From Eledone cirrhosa (taxonomy: Eukaryota): a stretch of 64,000 nt of DNA. This document shows positions 61,939 through 64,000 of the stretch, one piece after another. The position numbers and the translations under genes were made by a program. Location of the stretch: the NCBI GenBank assembly GCA_964016885.1, contig OZ024740.1, forward strand, positions 353,338,001 through 353,402,000. The letters run 5' to 3'. Position 1 is the stretch's first letter; each line of letters opens with the position of its first letter. The notes below the pieces were generated by a model. It did no database searches and was not told the origin of the DNA. It was given only the letters and a program-made list of their open reading frames with translations.

Positions 61939-63131
61939 GTGAGATCATAGCTCTGTTTATCTATTTATGCATCAGTTTGCTCTTATTTTAATAGAATGGT
62001 ATCAGCAAGCATTTAAAAAAGTCATTTACTTTGCTAGAACAGTAGTTAGCTTTCACTATGTAATGTTTTACACCCAGATTCTCTTTCTGGTGTCAACCCT
62101 TTTAGGTGACTCTTATCAGATATGGATATTAAACTACATTAGCAAATGGTGAAAAGACCGTTTTATATATAATTTGGAACACTTAATTTTCAAGTTAGGC
62201 TTCTAACATTGGCACAAAGCCACCAATATGGGGTAAAGTATAGCAGATTGAATTAACTCCAGTGCTTGACTGGTACCTTATTTTATTGGCCTGGGGTAAC
62301 AAAGGGCAAAATTGACCATGGCAGTATTTGAACGCAGAACATAAGAACCATAACTAGATATTACAAGCAGTTAATCCAGTGCTCCAACAATTCTGCTTAT
62401 CCATCACTCTCAAATATTGGTCTCCATCTCTACTCCTTCAAATTTAAAAAAAGAAAATATGAGAAATAAGCTAAGTATGGGAACAAGGCAAAAAAAAAAG
62501 AACTCGAGAAAGGTATAATTAGCAGTGGAGGTGAGTGTTCTGAAAACAAAGTAGTTAGATTATGAACCAGTTGGAAGACGTTCAGGGAGCTATTACCTCT
62601 ATTGGTAACAAAGGGTTTCTCTTCCAGAGTGAAAGGCAGATTGTATGGTGCCTTTGTATAAATTACAATAGTAGCAAGATGTAACTCTTGAATGACTAGA
62701 AAACTAGAAATAAATGAGGCAAACATCCTCCACTAGATATGTAATGTTAGCATACCTAGCTGATGAAACAGATGTTTCTCCTATTATACACCTGCTCTCC
62801 TCTTCCATTACCCAACGACCATTACTGTCTATCTTTCATTACTTTTAGTACTGCCTCTCACCCATCACTTCCCTCTCTGCTACACACCAATACTAGTATC
62901 TCATCCACTACACTCTTTCTCCTTTCACCAACTCAGCATGGTTCTTCTGTCATTGCTCTCTCCCTTATTCATTCTATTGTCTCTATTGCATTGAAGGAAC
63001 AGAGATAGTGTTCAAGTACTCTTTAGTCTTGGAGAAATTCATGAACACATCAATAAATACTGATAATGATAGGAATTAAAGTTTGTGAAAGAATTAGATA
63101 ATTAAAAATCTCTTAACCTTGTATATATATT

Positions 63132-64000
63132 AAGGCCAAAAAGCAGGCTTGGAAAGTATGGCGGGATGAGGGAAGTAGAGAAGACTATCAAGTGGCCAGG
63201 AGCGAAGCTAGGAGACAAGTGTACTTCGCAAGAAGGGAAGCAGAGGAAAGAAATTTCAAGCATGTTCTACAACGCGAGGACCAAAAACGTGAGGTGTTCA
63301 GGATTGCTAGGCAATGTGTCAAGGAAAACCGTGATATTGTCGGGGAGAAGTGTGTCCTTAATGATGATGGTGTACTTGCCATCACTGACGCTGATAAGAA
63401 GGTAGCTTGGAAGTGTCACTACGAAAGGCTACTAAATGAGGAGAATAAATGGGAGAAAGACAGTCTCCCCAAATCGATCCAATAGAGGGACCAGCAGTGC
63501 AAGTTGAAGGTAGTGTAATAAATAAGGCAATCAAAGATATGAAAACAGGTAAGGCGGCTGGGCCTTCGGAAATAGTTGCTGAAATGCTGAAAGCTTCTGG
63601 AATGGTGGGACACACTATGGTCACCCGGATAGTAAACCAAGTCATACAGAATGGGGCCGTTCCGAAGGACTGGCATAGCAGCATCATCATTAACTGTTAC
63701 AAGGGTAAAGGAGATGCCCTAGATAGGGGTAACTATAGAGGCATTAAATTAATCGACCAGGTCATGAAGGTCACAGAAAAAGTAATAGCGCAACTAATCA
63801 GAGAACGAATTGATCTAGATGAAATGCAGTTCGGGTTTGTGTCAGGTAAAAGTATCACAGACGCTCTTTTCATTGTACGACAACTACAGGAGAAGTACCT
63901 ATCTAAAAGTAAACCCCTATACTTAGCTTTTGTTGACTTGGAGAAAGCCTTTGACAGAGTCCCCCGCTCCATTATCTGGTGGGCTCTTAGAAAACTAGGT
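63132..64000 (+). mobile_element. 5'-truncated RTE LINE running off the window
   Basis: Highly similar to about 37715-38581; preceded by (TA)n. Confidence 0.92.

Overview
AT-rich, repeat-dense animal (eukaryotic) DNA; the SINE and RTE-LINE repertoire suggests a cephalopod such as octopus (inference). One host gene is supported: six phase-compatible exons (23691-61938, + strand, continuing past the window) of a ceramide-kinase-family protein closest to CERKL. The rest is mostly transposable elements. These include three near-complete, stop/frameshift-damaged copies and one old copy of a compact Ty3/Gypsy-type LTR retrotransposon, a full-length RTE LINE with a PHD finger inside its RT and a nested LTR element, and several truncated or internally deleted RTE copies. 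There are also CR1, CRE-like, R4/Dong-like, Merlin and Helitron fragments, tRNA-derived SINEs, piggyBac/hAT/other MITEs, two minisatellites and five fold-back inverted duplications. Main result: none of the three near-complete LTR elements has a canonical TGG-type primer-binding site. Each instead carries AGCTATTTCGGC (one mismatch in copy 1) directly after the 5' LTR, which is the reverse complement of nucleotides 1-12 of metazoan tRNA-Phe(GAA) as I recall that sequence. This suggests priming by a 5'-terminal tRNA fragment. The site sits within a covarying U5-leader stem and a putative leader intron, and gag-pol is joined by a conserved -1 frameshift signal. All coordinates and alignments were read by eye; no searches were run.
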